From: Acidobacteriota bacterium
Lineage (GTDB): Bacteria > Acidobacteriota > UBA6911 > RPQK01 > JAJDTT01
Length of the DNA: 64,000 nucleotides
Direction of reading: 5' to 3'
Assembly: GCA_965217775.1 (NCBI GenBank)
Contig: CBDCJH010000002.1
Coordinates: 2,080,001-2,144,000, forward strand
In this document: piece after piece, positions 20,161 through 30,450 of the stretch
Numbering within the stretch: the first letter of the stretch is position 1
Layout: every line of letters begins with the position of its first letter
Made by a program: the position numbers and the translations under genes
Notes under the pieces: generated by a model
What the model saw: only the letters and a program-made list of their open reading frames with translations
What the model was told of the DNA's origin: nothing
The model's database searches: none

Positions 20161-20961
20161 TCAGTCCATCCGGGGCTTGGCGCCGTAGTATTTGAAGGAG
20201 GGGATGAGATGGCCGGCGGTGATGCCGCCATCCACCTGAATCACCTGCCCCGTGATCCAGTCGCTGTCGCTGCAGGCCAGAAAGACCGCCGCGGCCGCAA
20301 CGTCCGCCGGCGTCCCGAAACGGGAGAGGGGCGTGTACTGCATCCAGGCGGCATACAGCGGGCCGTCCTTGTCCGGGGGCGGATCCTTGGGTACGGGCAC
20401 GGCTCCCGGGGCGATGCAGTTGGCCTGGATGTTGTATTCCCCCAGATCGAAGGCGGCGCCGCGGGTGAAGTTGAGGATTCCCGCTTTGGTGGCTTCGTAG
20501 AGGGAGCAGTAGTGGGTTCCGCCCAGTCCATGGACCGACGACATGGTGATGATCTTGCCGCTGCCTTGGGACTTCATGGCCTGGGCGCCGATGCGGACCG
20601 TCAGGTAGGTTCCGATGAGGTTGGTCCGAACCAGCTTCTCGAACTCTTCCACCCGGGTTTCCAGCAGCGGTTTGGCCAGGCCATAGCCGGCATTGGCCAC
20701 GACGATGTCCAGGCGGCCGAAGCGGTCCAAAGCAGCATCCACCATGGCCTGGACCTGGTCCTCCCGGGAGATATCAGCCTGGACCAGGAGGCTCTTCCTG
20801 CCGAGGCTCTCCACCAGGTCGGCCGTCTCCTGTCCCCCCGCCCGGTCGCTGTGGTAGTTGACGACGCAGTCGGCGCCCTCCGCGGCGAACGCCCGGCAGA
20901 TGCCCGTACCCAGTCCCCCGGAAGACCCCGTCACCAGCGCCACCTTGTCCTTGAGTCTCAT
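20161..20961 (-). CDS. SDR family oxidoreductase
   Basis: TGSSGGLG, VANAG, YEATK, ITGQVIQVDGG. Confidence 0.9.
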   Translation of the reverse strand: MRLKDKVALVTGSSGGLGTGICRAFAAEGADCVVNYHSDRAGGQETADLVESLGRKSLLVQADISREDQVQAMVDAALDRFGRLDIVVANAGYGLAKPLLETRVEEFEKLVRTNLIGTYLTVRIGAQAMKSQGSGKIITMSSVHGLGGTHYCSLYEATKAGILNFTRGAAFDLGEYNIQANCIAPGAVPVPKDPPPDKDGPLYAAWMQYTPLSRFGTPADVAAAAVFLACSDSDWITGQVIQVDGGITAGHLIPSFKYYGAKPRMD

Positions 20962-21007
20962 GCGTCCCTCCCCGCCATCCATCTGAAGTGATCTCCGGTT
21001 TCGCTCA

Positions 21008-21040
21008 CCCTGGGAGGGGGGACATTTTGTCCCCCTCTTC
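21008..21040 (-). repeat. REP-like intergenic palindrome, family GAAGAGGGGGACA-n-TGTCCCCCCTCCYA
   Basis: Reverse complement reads GAAGAGGGGGACAAAATGTCCCCCCTCCCAGGG. Confidence 0.75.
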
Positions 21041-21583
21041 GTCTCCTATCCGGAACCGCCGGCTGGAATGTCTCCACTCCCAAATTCCCTTTTTCTGCCG
21101 GGATTGAGCCGGCCCGCGCCCGGTGGGGACCTTCCTAGTCCACAAGGCGATCCTCAATGCTCGACACCCGTCCATCCAGCCTCTCCAGACATTCTTTAAT
21201 CTGGTAAAGAAAGAAACACATCACTGCTATTCCGACAACTGTGAGTACGCTCATACTTCCCCCTCCTGAACCCGTTTAAACAGATAAGCCGATTCAATGG
21301 AGTCAGGACAACCCATCGTGCCTCTCCACTAGCCTTTCATTGTAGACCAGACGTCTTTTGAACAGTGCCTCGTGCAGATCCGGAGCAACATCCCTGTAAT
21401 GCCGTGACGCGCACATGGACGCTGGACAGGATGATTCGCTACTCTCGGAGCCTCTCAATCACGCGCAGAAATGCAGTCCACCAACCCCGACATTTCGAAT
21501 CTCCGGCAACTCATGCGGTTGATGGAACGCGAGGGATGGAGCTGCCGAGCTCTATGAGCAGGGTGTCAGCTGGATCTCGACCC

Positions 21584-22591
21584 ATGCCGGACCGGCCCCT
21601 TCTTGACCGGGTGACCGTCGTCGCCGGCGCGACGCGCGGCGCCGGCCGCGGCATCGCCCGCATGCTCGGGGCGGCGGGAGCCACCGTCTACTGCACCGGT
21701 CGCAGCGTGCCGGGCCGCCCCGCCACGGCCGGGCGACCCGAGACCATCGAGGAGACGGCGGAGATGGTCACCGCGGAGGGTGGCCGGGGCATCGCCGTAC
21801 GCACCGACCACACCATCGAGTCCGAGGTCGAGCAACTCTTCACCCGCGTCCGCGACGAACAGGATCGGCTCGACGTCCTGGTCAACGACATCTGGGGCGG
21901 CGATGCGCTGACGGAGTGGGGATCGCCATTCTGGACGCTTTCCACGGCCCAGGGCATAGAGTTGCTCGAGCGCGCCGTCCACAGTCACATCATCACGAGC
22001 CGGCACGGTGCACCGCTGATGGTCGAGCGCAATGCCGGGCTGATCGTCGAGGTGACCGACGGCGATACGCTTGGGTATCGGGGAAACCTGTTCTATGACC
22101 TGGCCAAGAACGCCGTGATCCGGCTCGCCTACGCGATGGCCGCCGACCTGCACGCCCACCACGTCACCGCTCTGGCGATCACCCCGGGCTTTCTCCGCTC
22201 CGAGGCCGTGCTCGACGCCTTGGGCGTCACCGAGGCGAACTGGCGGGACGCCATCAAGAAAGATCCCTATTTCGCCGAGTCCGAGACGCCCTGCTTCGTC
22301 GGCCGAGCGGTGGCGGCGCTGGCCGCTGATCCCCATGTCGAGCAGAAGAACGGCGGACTGTTCTCAAGCTGGGGACTGGCAAGGGAGTACGGCTTCACCG
22401 ACCTCGACGGGCGGAAACCCGACTGGGGCCACTTCTTCACGCGCAAGGTGCAGGAAGTCATCGAACGGGACACGGCGCCGGACGACATGGACCGTTTCGT
22501 CGTTCGCTCCCGGCTCTACCAAGCCGAACTCGACCCGTCGGCGGTCGAGGAAGCCGCGCGCCTGCGCGCTTGGCTGAACCGACAGAAGTGA
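21584..22591 (+). CDS. SDR family oxidoreductase
   Basis: VAGATRGAGRGIA, LVNDIWGG, YDLAK. Confidence 0.85.
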   Translation: MPDRPLLDRVTVVAGATRGAGRGIARMLGAAGATVYCTGRSVPGRPATAGRPETIEETAEMVTAEGGRGIAVRTDHTIESEVEQLFTRVRDEQDRLDVLVNDIWGGDALTEWGSPFWTLSTAQGIELLERAVHSHIITSRHGAPLMVERNAGLIVEVTDGDTLGYRGNLFYDLAKNAVIRLAYAMAADLHAHHVTALAITPGFLRSEAVLDALGVTEANWRDAIKKDPYFAESETPCFVGRAVAALAADPHVEQKNGGLFSSWGLAREYGFTDLDGRKPDWGHFFTRKVQEVIERDTAPDDMDRFVVRSRLYQAELDPSAVEEAARLRAWLNRQK

Positions 22592-22656
22592 CGCGAATCG
22601 CTCTCCACTTCTTCCATCTCAAATTCACGATTCCTGGATGTTGCTATACTCGCGCG

Positions 22657-25428
22657 ATGAGAACACTCGGACTCCTCCTCTCCCTGATCCTTACCCTTTC
22701 CCCACTGCAGGCAGCCAGAAAGACCGTCTGGGTCGAAGACTCGTTTGAGGACTTCGCCGACGGGCGGCTGGACGCCTCCGGCCAGAACCTGTACGTGAGC
22801 CGGGACGGCTCCATCCGAACCATCCATCGCTTCGACCTGAACCAGGACGGATTCCTGGACCTGGTCTTCAACAGCACCCACGACACCGCCGGATACCTGC
22901 CGGGAACCCTGGTCTCGGTCAATTCGGACGGGAGCTTCCGTGAGTCCCCTCTGGCGGTGGAGGGGAGCAAGGGAATCGCCGCGGCGGATCTGAACCGGGA
23001 CGGCCACCCCGACCTGGTCTTCTGTCCCAACCACGGCGGCATCCAGAATCCGCGCCGGCTGCTGACCATCATCTGGGGAGGTGAAGACGGCTGGCCGGCC
23101 TCCCGGAGCAACGGGGTCCTTCCGGTGTACGGCGCCCAAGCCGTGGCCATCGCCGATCTGAACCGGGACGACTGGCCCGACATCGTGACTCTGAACCGGG
23201 AGGCGTGGCTTCCGGGACAACCCGAGGGCAACATCGTCCGCATCTTCTGGGGCAGCGAACGCGGATACCTTCTGGCGCGACGGTTGGATCTGGGTGTCCC
23301 AGACGGCACCGATCTCGTCGCCAAGGACCTGGACGGGGACGGAGGCCGGGACGTGGCAGTTCTGGCCAAACGCAACGTCCAACTGTTCTGGTCCGCGCCC
23401 GGCGGAAAGACGGAAGCTCCCGAATCGACCCGGATCCCGCTTCCGGGCACCGGAGGGATCTGCCTGGAGGCGGACGACGTGAACGGGGACACGCTCGCCG
23501 ACCTGCTGGTGGGCACGGGGGGAGACGACCTCTACATTGCGGAGGGGAGTCCGGGAAGACAGTTTCAGACGGCGGTCTCGATCCCGGCGTTTCCCGCCAC
23601 GCACCTGGCCGCGGGGCAGTTGGACGGGGACGGCTGGGTGGATCTCATCCTGGTGGATCTGGCCCTCTCCCGAGCTGGAGGAGGAGAAATCGCCGGAGCC
23701 GGCCGCGACTCTGACAAGGTCCGAGTGCTGTGGGGCGGTCCCTCCGGGTTTTCCAGAGAAGACCGTTTGGACCTGTACGCTCCCTTCGCCTCGGCTGCCG
23801 CCATCGGCGACTTGAACGCCGACGGTCACGCCGACGTGGCGCTGGCCCGCTACCAGGGCTCCGAAAGCTTCACCACCGATTCCTGGGTCTACTGGGGCAA
23901 CGGCGCCCGAGCGCTGGTACAACCGTCCCAGGGAGCTCAGACCATGGGCGCGACCGACGTCGTCGTCATCCCCGCCCGCGACTCGGTTCCGGCCCATGCC
24001 GCCTTCTCCAACAGCCGAAAGGGGACCGTGGACGAGAAGGTGCCGCTTCAGGTCTATTGGGGTGGTCCCAAGGGCTTCGACGCCGATTCCGTCTGGGAGA
24101 TCCCGTTTCAGAGCGGATACGAGTCCACCGGCGCCGATCTGAACGCCGACGGTTACGCCGATCTCGTGGTCCTGAACTCGGGCCACGGCGGCGCGGCGAC
24201 CCTGGCCTCACCCATTCTGGGAGCCAACATCCTGTGGGGAGGCGCCGGCGGGTTCGACCTGGAACGCCGGACGACGCTGCGCGAGCTCAATCTCGGGTCC
24301 AGCAACGTGGCCGATCTGGACCGGGACGGATATTTGGACTTGGTCCTAGGAGCCTTCGAGGACAAGGACCCGGAGACCGACGAAGAACTGGTCATCCACT
24401 ATGGGACAGACCAGGGATTTGACGGCAGCCGCAGAGCCGCCGTCCTCTCACCGGGACGGTCCACCGGATGCGCGGTGGCCGACTTCAACCGGGACGGATG
24501 GCTCGACATCGCCGTTAGCTCCAGCATGGCAGACCGGGTCCGAGTCTTCTGGGGCGGTCCCGGAGGGTTCGACGCGAAACGGCAGGGAGGCGTGGATTCC
24601 CCCATGCCCATCAGCCTGGAAACGGCGGACCTGAACCAGGACGGCTTCCTGGACCTGTTGGTGGGAAGCTACTACGACAAGCCGGCCGGGCACCACGACA
24701 CGGGAAGCCTCATCTTTTGGGGTTCGCAAGCGGGGTTCCGGGCATGGAACTCCCAGTGGCTGCCGGGATTCACACCCATCGGCCTGGCCGTAGCCGACTG
24801 GGACGGCGACGGGTACCTGGACGTCTTCTCTCCCCACTACCACGCCGAGCTCACCCGCGAGTCTCTTCCCTGCTACCTCTATTGGGGAGGACCCGATGGT
24901 CTGCAAACCCGGAACCGGACCATCCTAATCTGTGATTCGGCCCACGACGCCCAGGCGGGCGATTTCGACCGGGACGGACGCCTGGACGTGGCCGTGTCGT
25001 GCCATACCAAGGACGGCGACCACCACACCCATTCCCGAGTCTATTTCAACGACGGCAACCGCTTCGCCGATCCCCGGGTCCAGTTCCTGCCCACCATCGG
25101 GCCCCACTGGATGGGCGACCAGGACATGGGCCACATCGTCCATCGACGCTGGGAGCAGACGTACGAGTCGTCTGTGTTCCAGTGGGAGGAAACCGCCGGT
25201 GGCGCCACTCTCGAGTATCAGGCCGACGCCCCGGAAGGAACCAGCCTGGGCTTCGAGCTACGGACCGCGGACACGCCGGAGGCGCTGCAGGGAATCGACT
25301 GGAGACCCTTCGAGGCGAACACCACGGTGGAGGAGACCGACCGCTGCCTCCAGTATCGGGTGACCCTTAGGTCCGATAACGGAGACCGTTTCGCGGTTCT
25401 CAAGCGGGTCGCAATCTCGCTGGAATAA
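22657..25428 (+). CDS. Secreted FG-GAP/VCBS-repeat beta-propeller protein
   Basis: Signal peptide and many ADLNxDGxxDLV repeats. Confidence 0.85.
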   Translation: MRTLGLLLSLILTLSPLQAARKTVWVEDSFEDFADGRLDASGQNLYVSRDGSIRTIHRFDLNQDGFLDLVFNSTHDTAGYLPGTLVSVNSDGSFRESPLAVEGSKGIAAADLNRDGHPDLVFCPNHGGIQNPRRLLTIIWGGEDGWPASRSNGVLPVYGAQAVAIADLNRDDWPDIVTLNREAWLPGQPEGNIVRIFWGSERGYLLARRLDLGVPDGTDLVAKDLDGDGGRDVAVLAKRNVQLFWSAPGGKTEAPESTRIPLPGTGGICLEADDVNGDTLADLLVGTGGDDLYIAEGSPGRQFQTAVSIPAFPATHLAAGQLDGDGWVDLILVDLALSRAGGGEIAGAGRDSDKVRVLWGGPSGFSREDRLDLYAPFASAAAIGDLNADGHADVALARYQGSESFTTDSWVYWGNGARALVQPSQGAQTMGATDVVVIPARDSVPAHAAFSNSRKGTVDEKVPLQVYWGGPKGFDADSVWEIPFQSGYESTGADLNADGYADLVVLNSGHGGAATLASPILGANILWGGAGGFDLERRTTLRELNLGSSNVADLDRDGYLDLVLGAFEDKDPETDEELVIHYGTDQGFDGSRRAAVLSPGRSTGCAVADFNRDGWLDIAVSSSMADRVRVFWGGPGGFDAKRQGGVDSPMPISLETADLNQDGFLDLLVGSYYDKPAGHHDTGSLIFWGSQAGFRAWNSQWLPGFTPIGLAVADWDGDGYLDVFSPHYHAELTRESLPCYLYWGGPDGLQTRNRTILICDSAHDAQAGDFDRDGRLDVAVSCHTKDGDHHTHSRVYFNDGNRFADPRVQFLPTIGPHWMGDQDMGHIVHRRWEQTYESSVFQWEETAGGATLEYQADAPEGTSLGFELRTADTPEALQGIDWRPFEANTTVEETDRCLQYRVTLRSDNGDRFAVLKRVAISLE

Positions 25429-25507
25429 GCGGGCCCAGTCCCGACTCCCAGTCCCCTGGACACCGGAGGGTTCGGGGAACGCGTTCCAGCGGTGGCGACG
25501 ACCGGCC

Positions 25508-26611
25508 CTATTCTCCCTTCAACACCGAATCGATGAACCGGAAGGCTTCGTGCCGGACTTCGTCCGGGAACTCGTGGCCGCAGTCGGGATGCCGGACGAT
25601 GAGGTTCTTCTCATCGCCCAGGAGGCGGTAGACGGGCCTCGCCGCGGCGACGCAACGGTCGACGCTCCGCCATTGGAAGTTGCCGTCTCTCCGCGGGGCA
25701 TTTACGAAGATGGGACGCGGGGCCAGAGCACCCAGCAACTCGTGGAAGTCGAAGGGGATCTCCTCCAGCCGAAGCCGGTAGTTGGACAGCCGGGGCATGT
25801 AGCGGATTTGGCACCAGCCCTTCCCAAAGTACCACCGGGCCAAGTCCCCGCCGTAATAGTCCAGATAGGAATCGAATCCGCAACTGCTGACCACGGCCTG
25901 GATGCGCCGGTCCAGCACCGCCGTATAGATAGCGTTGTGCCCGCCCAACGATTGGCCGATGGCGGCGAATCCCTTGGTGGGGTCCACGTAGGGCAAGGAG
26001 GCCAGCAGGTCCAGGCCGCGGGAATTGTCCCAGATCGCCTTCATGGTGCCGCTCGCATAGCCGAGGGCTCCCAGATTCGGCCAGTAATTGGCCATGTGAG
26101 GATAGGCGGGCGAAAGGGTGACGTAGCCCCGCTCGGCCAGCTCCTTGGCGTAGGCGCGTCCACGCCGGGATCCCGATTCGACGACGACCTTGTGTCCCAC
26201 TTCCATGTTGGTCCCGTGCAGGCAGAGCACCGCCGGGGCCCGCCGCTTTCCCACCAGCACCTCCTTGGGAATGCAGAGGTACGCCGGAGTGCGCGACCCC
26301 GGTTCGGACTGGTAGGTGATGAGGCGCCGGACGTGGGTCCCGCGATCAACCTCCTCCACGACCCGAGGTTCCAGGGGGACCCGCCGATCCTCGCCGGGCA
26401 TCTTGCCCATCACCTCCTGCATCCCCCGGATGATCTCGGCTCGCCGAAGTTCCCAATCCGCCGGCATCTCGACCGGACGGATTTTTCCCTGGGAATCCCG
26501 ATATTGGAGTAGTTCGTTGCGGTCCAGGCGGACGTGCTCGCCACTGCCTGCGGCGACGGGTTCGATCACGACCAGGAAGAGTCCCCAGAAGAGGAGCAGG
26601 AATGAGCTCAT
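25508..26611 (-). CDS. Secreted alpha/beta hydrolase (esterase/dienelactone hydrolase-like)
   Basis: VLCLHG, GQSLGG nucleophile elbow, ALAPRP, C-terminal GHEF. Confidence 0.8.
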   Translation of the reverse strand: MSSFLLLFWGLFLVVIEPVAAGSGEHVRLDRNELLQYRDSQGKIRPVEMPADWELRRAEIIRGMQEVMGKMPGEDRRVPLEPRVVEEVDRGTHVRRLITYQSEPGSRTPAYLCIPKEVLVGKRRAPAVLCLHGTNMEVGHKVVVESGSRRGRAYAKELAERGYVTLSPAYPHMANYWPNLGALGYASGTMKAIWDNSRGLDLLASLPYVDPTKGFAAIGQSLGGHNAIYTAVLDRRIQAVVSSCGFDSYLDYYGGDLARWYFGKGWCQIRYMPRLSNYRLRLEEIPFDFHELLGALAPRPIFVNAPRRDGNFQWRSVDRCVAAARPVYRLLGDEKNLIVRHPDCGHEFPDEVRHEAFRFIDSVLKGE

Positions 26612-26648
26612 GGCATCGTCTCGGCGGTGCGGAAGGGCAGGTCCGGCA

Positions 26649-27602
26649 TCAGGGCGTGTCGAGGGATTCTCCCGGAGATACAGCTCCCGCTCTCTCGGTG
26701 ATGGGGAGATAGTCCCGGATGCTCCGGTTCTCGTCGAAGTTGAGGGCGTGTTTTCTGTACCTCGCGGTCTGGTCCAGGTCGCATTGGGCCACCACCAGTT
26801 CGTCCTTCAGCGTGGTTGCCATGGCTACGATCTCTCCCTCCGGCGAGATGATGCAGCTCTGGCCGATCTGACTCACCCCCGCTTCGACCCCGGCCTTGGC
26901 GACGCCCACCACCCAGACGCCGTTCTGGTAGGCGCCCGCCTGCATGCAGAGCAGGTTGTGAAACCGGGCCAACGGCGCCTTCCCGGGACGGTCCGGCCAC
27001 GAGTCGGGGGTGTTGTATCCCAGCAGAATCAACTCGGCGCCTCGCAGCGCCAGCACCCGGTAGGTCTCGGGCCAGCGGCGATCGTAGCAGGTGCACAGAC
27101 CCACGACTCCGCCGAAGGCACGCCAGGTTCGAAACCCAAGGTTCCCCCGATCGAAATAGTACTTCTCCAGGTTCTGGTACCGGTCCCCGGGTTGGAACTC
27201 GGCGTTTCCTGGCAGGTGGATCTTCCGGTACTTGCCGATGATCCGGCCGTCCTTGTCCACCAGGATCGAGGTGTTGTAGCGGCGCGCCTGACCGTCCTCC
27301 CGGGTCAACTCGGCGTAACCCAGGTGGAACCCGATGCCCAGCTCCTTGGCCTCGTCGAACAGTCTCTGCGTCTCCGGTCCCGGCATCTCCCGCTCGAACC
27401 AGGCGTCGATTTCGTCCTGGTCTTCCATGTGCCAGTGGGCGAAGAAAGCCGTCAGGGCCACTTCCGTGAAGACCACCAGGTCGCAATCGAGGCGGCTCGC
27501 CTCCCGCATCTGGGACAGCAACCGTTCCACGACGTCCGCGCGGGTTTCGGAGCGGGAGACGGGTCCGGACTGGGCTGCGGCAACGGTCAGGATTCGTGGC
27601 AT
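26649..27602 (-). CDS. N-carbamoyl-D-amino-acid amidohydrolase (nitrilase superfamily)
   Basis: VFTEVAL, KYRKIHLPG, CYDRRWPE (E-K-C triad), LGYNTP. Confidence 0.85.
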   Translation of the reverse strand: MPRILTVAAAQSGPVSRSETRADVVERLLSQMREASRLDCDLVVFTEVALTAFFAHWHMEDQDEIDAWFEREMPGPETQRLFDEAKELGIGFHLGYAELTREDGQARRYNTSILVDKDGRIIGKYRKIHLPGNAEFQPGDRYQNLEKYYFDRGNLGFRTWRAFGGVVGLCTCYDRRWPETYRVLALRGAELILLGYNTPDSWPDRPGKAPLARFHNLLCMQAGAYQNGVWVVGVAKAGVEAGVSQIGQSCIISPEGEIVAMATTLKDELVVAQCDLDQTARYRKHALNFDENRSIRDYLPITERAGAVSPGESLDTP

Positions 27603-27710
27603 GGTCTTCAGCCGTCAAGATGGCGCAAGTCAGCGCTTGGCGCAAGTATGACCTGCCACAGACAATGCGTTCGAGAGCAGTCACTGAACCCTTCGTATAC
27701 AATGGCTCGG

Positions 27711-28163
27711 ATGCTCGCCAAGCTTTTCCTCATTCCGGTATTCGTCTTCCTTTCGTTCTCCAGTATGGCGGGTGCCGACAAGGCGACTTTAAAGCGGATC
27801 GTAAGAAACATGATCTGCGTTTGCGGGTCGTGCTCCCACCTCGTAGACGACTGCGGAGACGAGTGCGGCATGGCTCCCCAAATGAGTGCCAATATCCAGA
27901 AGAGACTCGACAGCGGAATGACGGAGCAGGAAATCTTCGCGGTGTACGAGAGCGAGTTAGGACTCAAGATCCATGCTGCCCCCAAAACCGAGGGCTTTTT
28001 TCTTCTTGCGTGGGTCCTCCCCTTCGTCGCCCTGACCTGCGGGGGCGTTCTGGTCGTCATCTTCCTCAAGAACCGGAAAGAGCCCGAGCCGCAGTCGAAG
28101 ACCCGCCGCCGGCGCCTATCTGCCAAGCACCGCAAGATGCTGAACCGGGAACTGGCGGAGTAA
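27711..28163 (+). CDS. Cytochrome c biogenesis CcmH/NrfF-like protein
   Basis: Signal peptide, ICVCGSC..C...C, AAP..GFFLLAWVLP transmembrane segment. Confidence 0.7.
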   Translation: MLAKLFLIPVFVFLSFSSMAGADKATLKRIVRNMICVCGSCSHLVDDCGDECGMAPQMSANIQKRLDSGMTEQEIFAVYESELGLKIHAAPKTEGFFLLAWVLPFVALTCGGVLVVIFLKNRKEPEPQSKTRRRRLSAKHRKMLNRELAE

Positions 28164-28216
28164 GGCCCGGTGACGCGGGACGCCTATTCCGGCGCCCTTC
28201 CGACCCATCGAAACCG

Positions 28217-29374
28217 ATGGAGACCCCGCTGATCTTCCCGGCTTGGCTAGCCCTCTCGGGAGCTATCTTGGCTGCCATCTGGCTGGCGGGGGCATGGCAC
28301 CTCTCCAGTCGGATCCGCCGCCGGGTGCTGGAGCCCAGTACCCGAAGAGGCGCGCGGCCACTTGAGGTTCTCAAGGTCGAGCCGGACCGTGTGACCTTGG
28401 GAGTCCTTCCGGAGACCGGCTCCAGCCGCCGCTGGCGCCAGGAGGGTCTCTGGGGTCTGCGCTGGCCGGACGGCTACGCCCAGGCCGGCGAGATTTTGCA
28501 TCTCGGGAAGAGGAAGGTGACTCGAAGCCTTCGTCTTCTGAACGGAGATCCGGCGCCCGGGACCCGGGTGACACTCACCAGCTTCGCCTTTCCCGACAAC
28601 CCGCGAGACGCCTTTGGTTTGCCGGTCCAACCGCTACGGTACCGCTCACCACTGGGCCGATTCCCTGCCTGGTCGACCGCCGGTTCCCGCTCCACCTGGG
28701 TCATCTTCGTCCACGGAAAGCGAGCCGCACCGCCAAGCCGCGCCCTCCGTTCCTATCCACTGCTGAAGGTGGCGTCGGATCTGGGATTTCCGGGCTTGGT
28801 CATCTCCTATCGAAACGATCTGGAGGCCGCGCCCGCCCCGGACGGACGCCACTGGTACGGACTCACCGAGTGGGAGGATCTGGAAGGAGCCGCCCGCCAC
28901 GCGCGGGAGTCCGGGGCCCAAGACCTGGTCCTGGTCGGCTACAGCATGGGCGGGGCCTTGGTCATGAGCTTCCTGCGGCAATCGGACCTCGCTCGATCCG
29001 TCAATGGAATCATTCTGGACTCGCCGGTCCTGGATCTTGAGGCGACGTTGGACTTCGCCGCCCAACACAGGGGGTATCCCAGGATCTTTCGCCACGCGGC
29101 GAAAACCCTGGCTCGAGTTCGTTTCGGGGTCCCATGGAAGGAGTTGAATTACGTCAGGAACACGGGACACCTACAGGCGCCTACGCTGGTTTTCCATGGG
29201 GGCGTGGACACCCTGGTTCCGCTCCGAACCAGTCAGCTGCTGGCCCGCTCTCGCCCCGATCTGGTCCGGTGCGAGACGTTTCCCGGCGCCTCCCACGGTC
29301 GGGCCTGGAACCTGGATCCGGACCGGTACGAACGGGTCGCCCGGGAGTTCCTGAAGACCGTATCGAGCGCTTAA
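28217..29374 (+). CDS. Membrane-anchored alpha/beta hydrolase
   Basis: N-terminal TM segment, WVIFVHG, GYSMGG, FHGGVDTLVP, ASH. Confidence 0.8.
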   Translation: METPLIFPAWLALSGAILAAIWLAGAWHLSSRIRRRVLEPSTRRGARPLEVLKVEPDRVTLGVLPETGSSRRWRQEGLWGLRWPDGYAQAGEILHLGKRKVTRSLRLLNGDPAPGTRVTLTSFAFPDNPRDAFGLPVQPLRYRSPLGRFPAWSTAGSRSTWVIFVHGKRAAPPSRALRSYPLLKVASDLGFPGLVISYRNDLEAAPAPDGRHWYGLTEWEDLEGAARHARESGAQDLVLVGYSMGGALVMSFLRQSDLARSVNGIILDSPVLDLEATLDFAAQHRGYPRIFRHAAKTLARVRFGVPWKELNYVRNTGHLQAPTLVFHGGVDTLVPLRTSQLLARSRPDLVRCETFPGASHGRAWNLDPDRYERVAREFLKTVSSA

Positions 29375-29628
29375 CCCGAATATATCACCAGATAGATAGA
29401 CAGAGGCCGAGATCGCGGGCCGGTGTTGCGTCGCCGAGGGCCGGAGTCGCGATGAACAGGCCGCCGTAGAACAGCAGTTGCGGCCAATACTCGCGGAGGA
29501 TGAACGGCCAGAGCCAAGCCTTCGACGTGTACCGGGAAGCGGACGGAGGTAGCCGAGCACGATGACATTCCGGGCACGGCAAGGCAGTGATGTATAGAAA
29601 CAGTATATTTTCTATACTATAATTACTC

Positions 29629-29892
29629 ATGCCATTTGAGTATGATCCCGCTAAAAGCGCCACAAACAAGGCCAAGCATGGCATCGACTTCGACGAAGCC
29701 CAGGTGCTTTGGAAAGATGCTCAGATGCTGGAAGCACCGGCAAAAACCGATGACGAACCGCGCTTTCTGGTGATCGGAAGGATTGGCGAAAACCACTGGA
29801 CCGCCGTCTGCGCTCATCGTGGGGACAAGGTGCGGATCATCTCGGTGCGGCGCGCCCGGAAACAGGAGATCGATCACTATGAAAGCACGTGA
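29629..29892 (+). CDS. brnT: BrnT family toxin
   Basis: FEYDPAKSATNKAKHGIDF...RIISVRRA. Confidence 0.85.
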   Translation: MPFEYDPAKSATNKAKHGIDFDEAQVLWKDAQMLEAPAKTDDEPRFLVIGRIGENHWTAVCAHRGDKVRIISVRRARKQEIDHYEST

Positions 29893-30112
29893 GTTCGACA
29901 GGAAATTTGATGCGGGAGAGGATGTTGGCGGCCATGTCGACTGGTCGAAAGCGAAACGCCCGAACGAGCGGATAAAGCGGGTGAATGTGGACTTCCCGAC
30001 CTGGGTTGTGGCCGGGCTGGACCGTCAGGCCCGGCACTTTGGCGTGACCCGCCAGGCGCTCATCAAGTTGTGGATCGCGGAACGGTTAAAGCGACGCGGC
30101 AACCGGACCTGA
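29879..30112 (+). CDS. BrnA/CopG-like antitoxin
   Basis: MKAREFDRKFDAGED...RVNVDFP.W...LD..A...GVTRQALIK; overlaps the toxin gene. Confidence 0.8.
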   Translation: MKAREFDRKFDAGEDVGGHVDWSKAKRPNERIKRVNVDFPTWVVAGLDRQARHFGVTRQALIKLWIAERLKRRGNRT

Positions 30113-30172
30113 AGGCGAACTCGGGCCCGGCGTCCTGATGCCGTTGACGTGGACGTGGAGCAGGAGCAGAGC

Positions 30173-30241
30173 ATGAAGCTGGAAGATCTGCAGACCAACG
30201 CCACGGTGCGGGGCATCCTGTCCGACGGCCTTGCGTCGTAG
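30173..30241 (+). pseudogene. N-terminal stub resembling SNF2-family helicases of defence/RM loci
   Basis: GGAG RBS followed by MKLEDLQTNATVRGILSDGL and then a stop. Family recognised from memory, not searched. Confidence 0.45.
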
Positions 30242-30337
30242 GCGGGAGCGGCTGGAGAGTCGACTGCGCGAGTTGGAAGTCCTGCAACGTGGGGGTCAGG
30301 TTGCGAGCGCATTCGTCACTGCCGCGAGAGGAGGTGC

Positions 30338-30367
30338 CGAGAGGAGGTGACTGTCCCCCTTCTCTCG
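30338..30367 (+). repeat. Cassette-delimiting palindromic repeat R1
   Basis: CGAGAGGAGGTGACTGTCCCCCTTCTCTCG (one extra C), preceded by an extra left half-site CGAGAGGAGGTG at 30325-30336. Confidence 0.95.
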
Positions 30368-30384
30368 CCCGACGTTACTCTACC

Positions 30385-30414
30385 TTGACCACCCGATTCG
30401 GTGTCCTCTACGAT
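30385..30414 (+). promoter_or_regulatory. Putative sigma70 promoter inside the oxidoreductase cassette
   Basis: TTGACC-N18-TACGAT, conserved upstream of the second copy (~36627-36656). Confidence 0.5.
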
Positions 30415-30450
30415 TCACCCAAATTCCAGCCCCCAGAAAGGACGGCCATC

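Noticed and set aside
26316-29374. 615-aa and 592-aa ORFs as single large proteins
   Set aside because: Their N-terminal parts overlap real genes; only the C-terminal portions (27711-28163 and 28217-29374) look coding.
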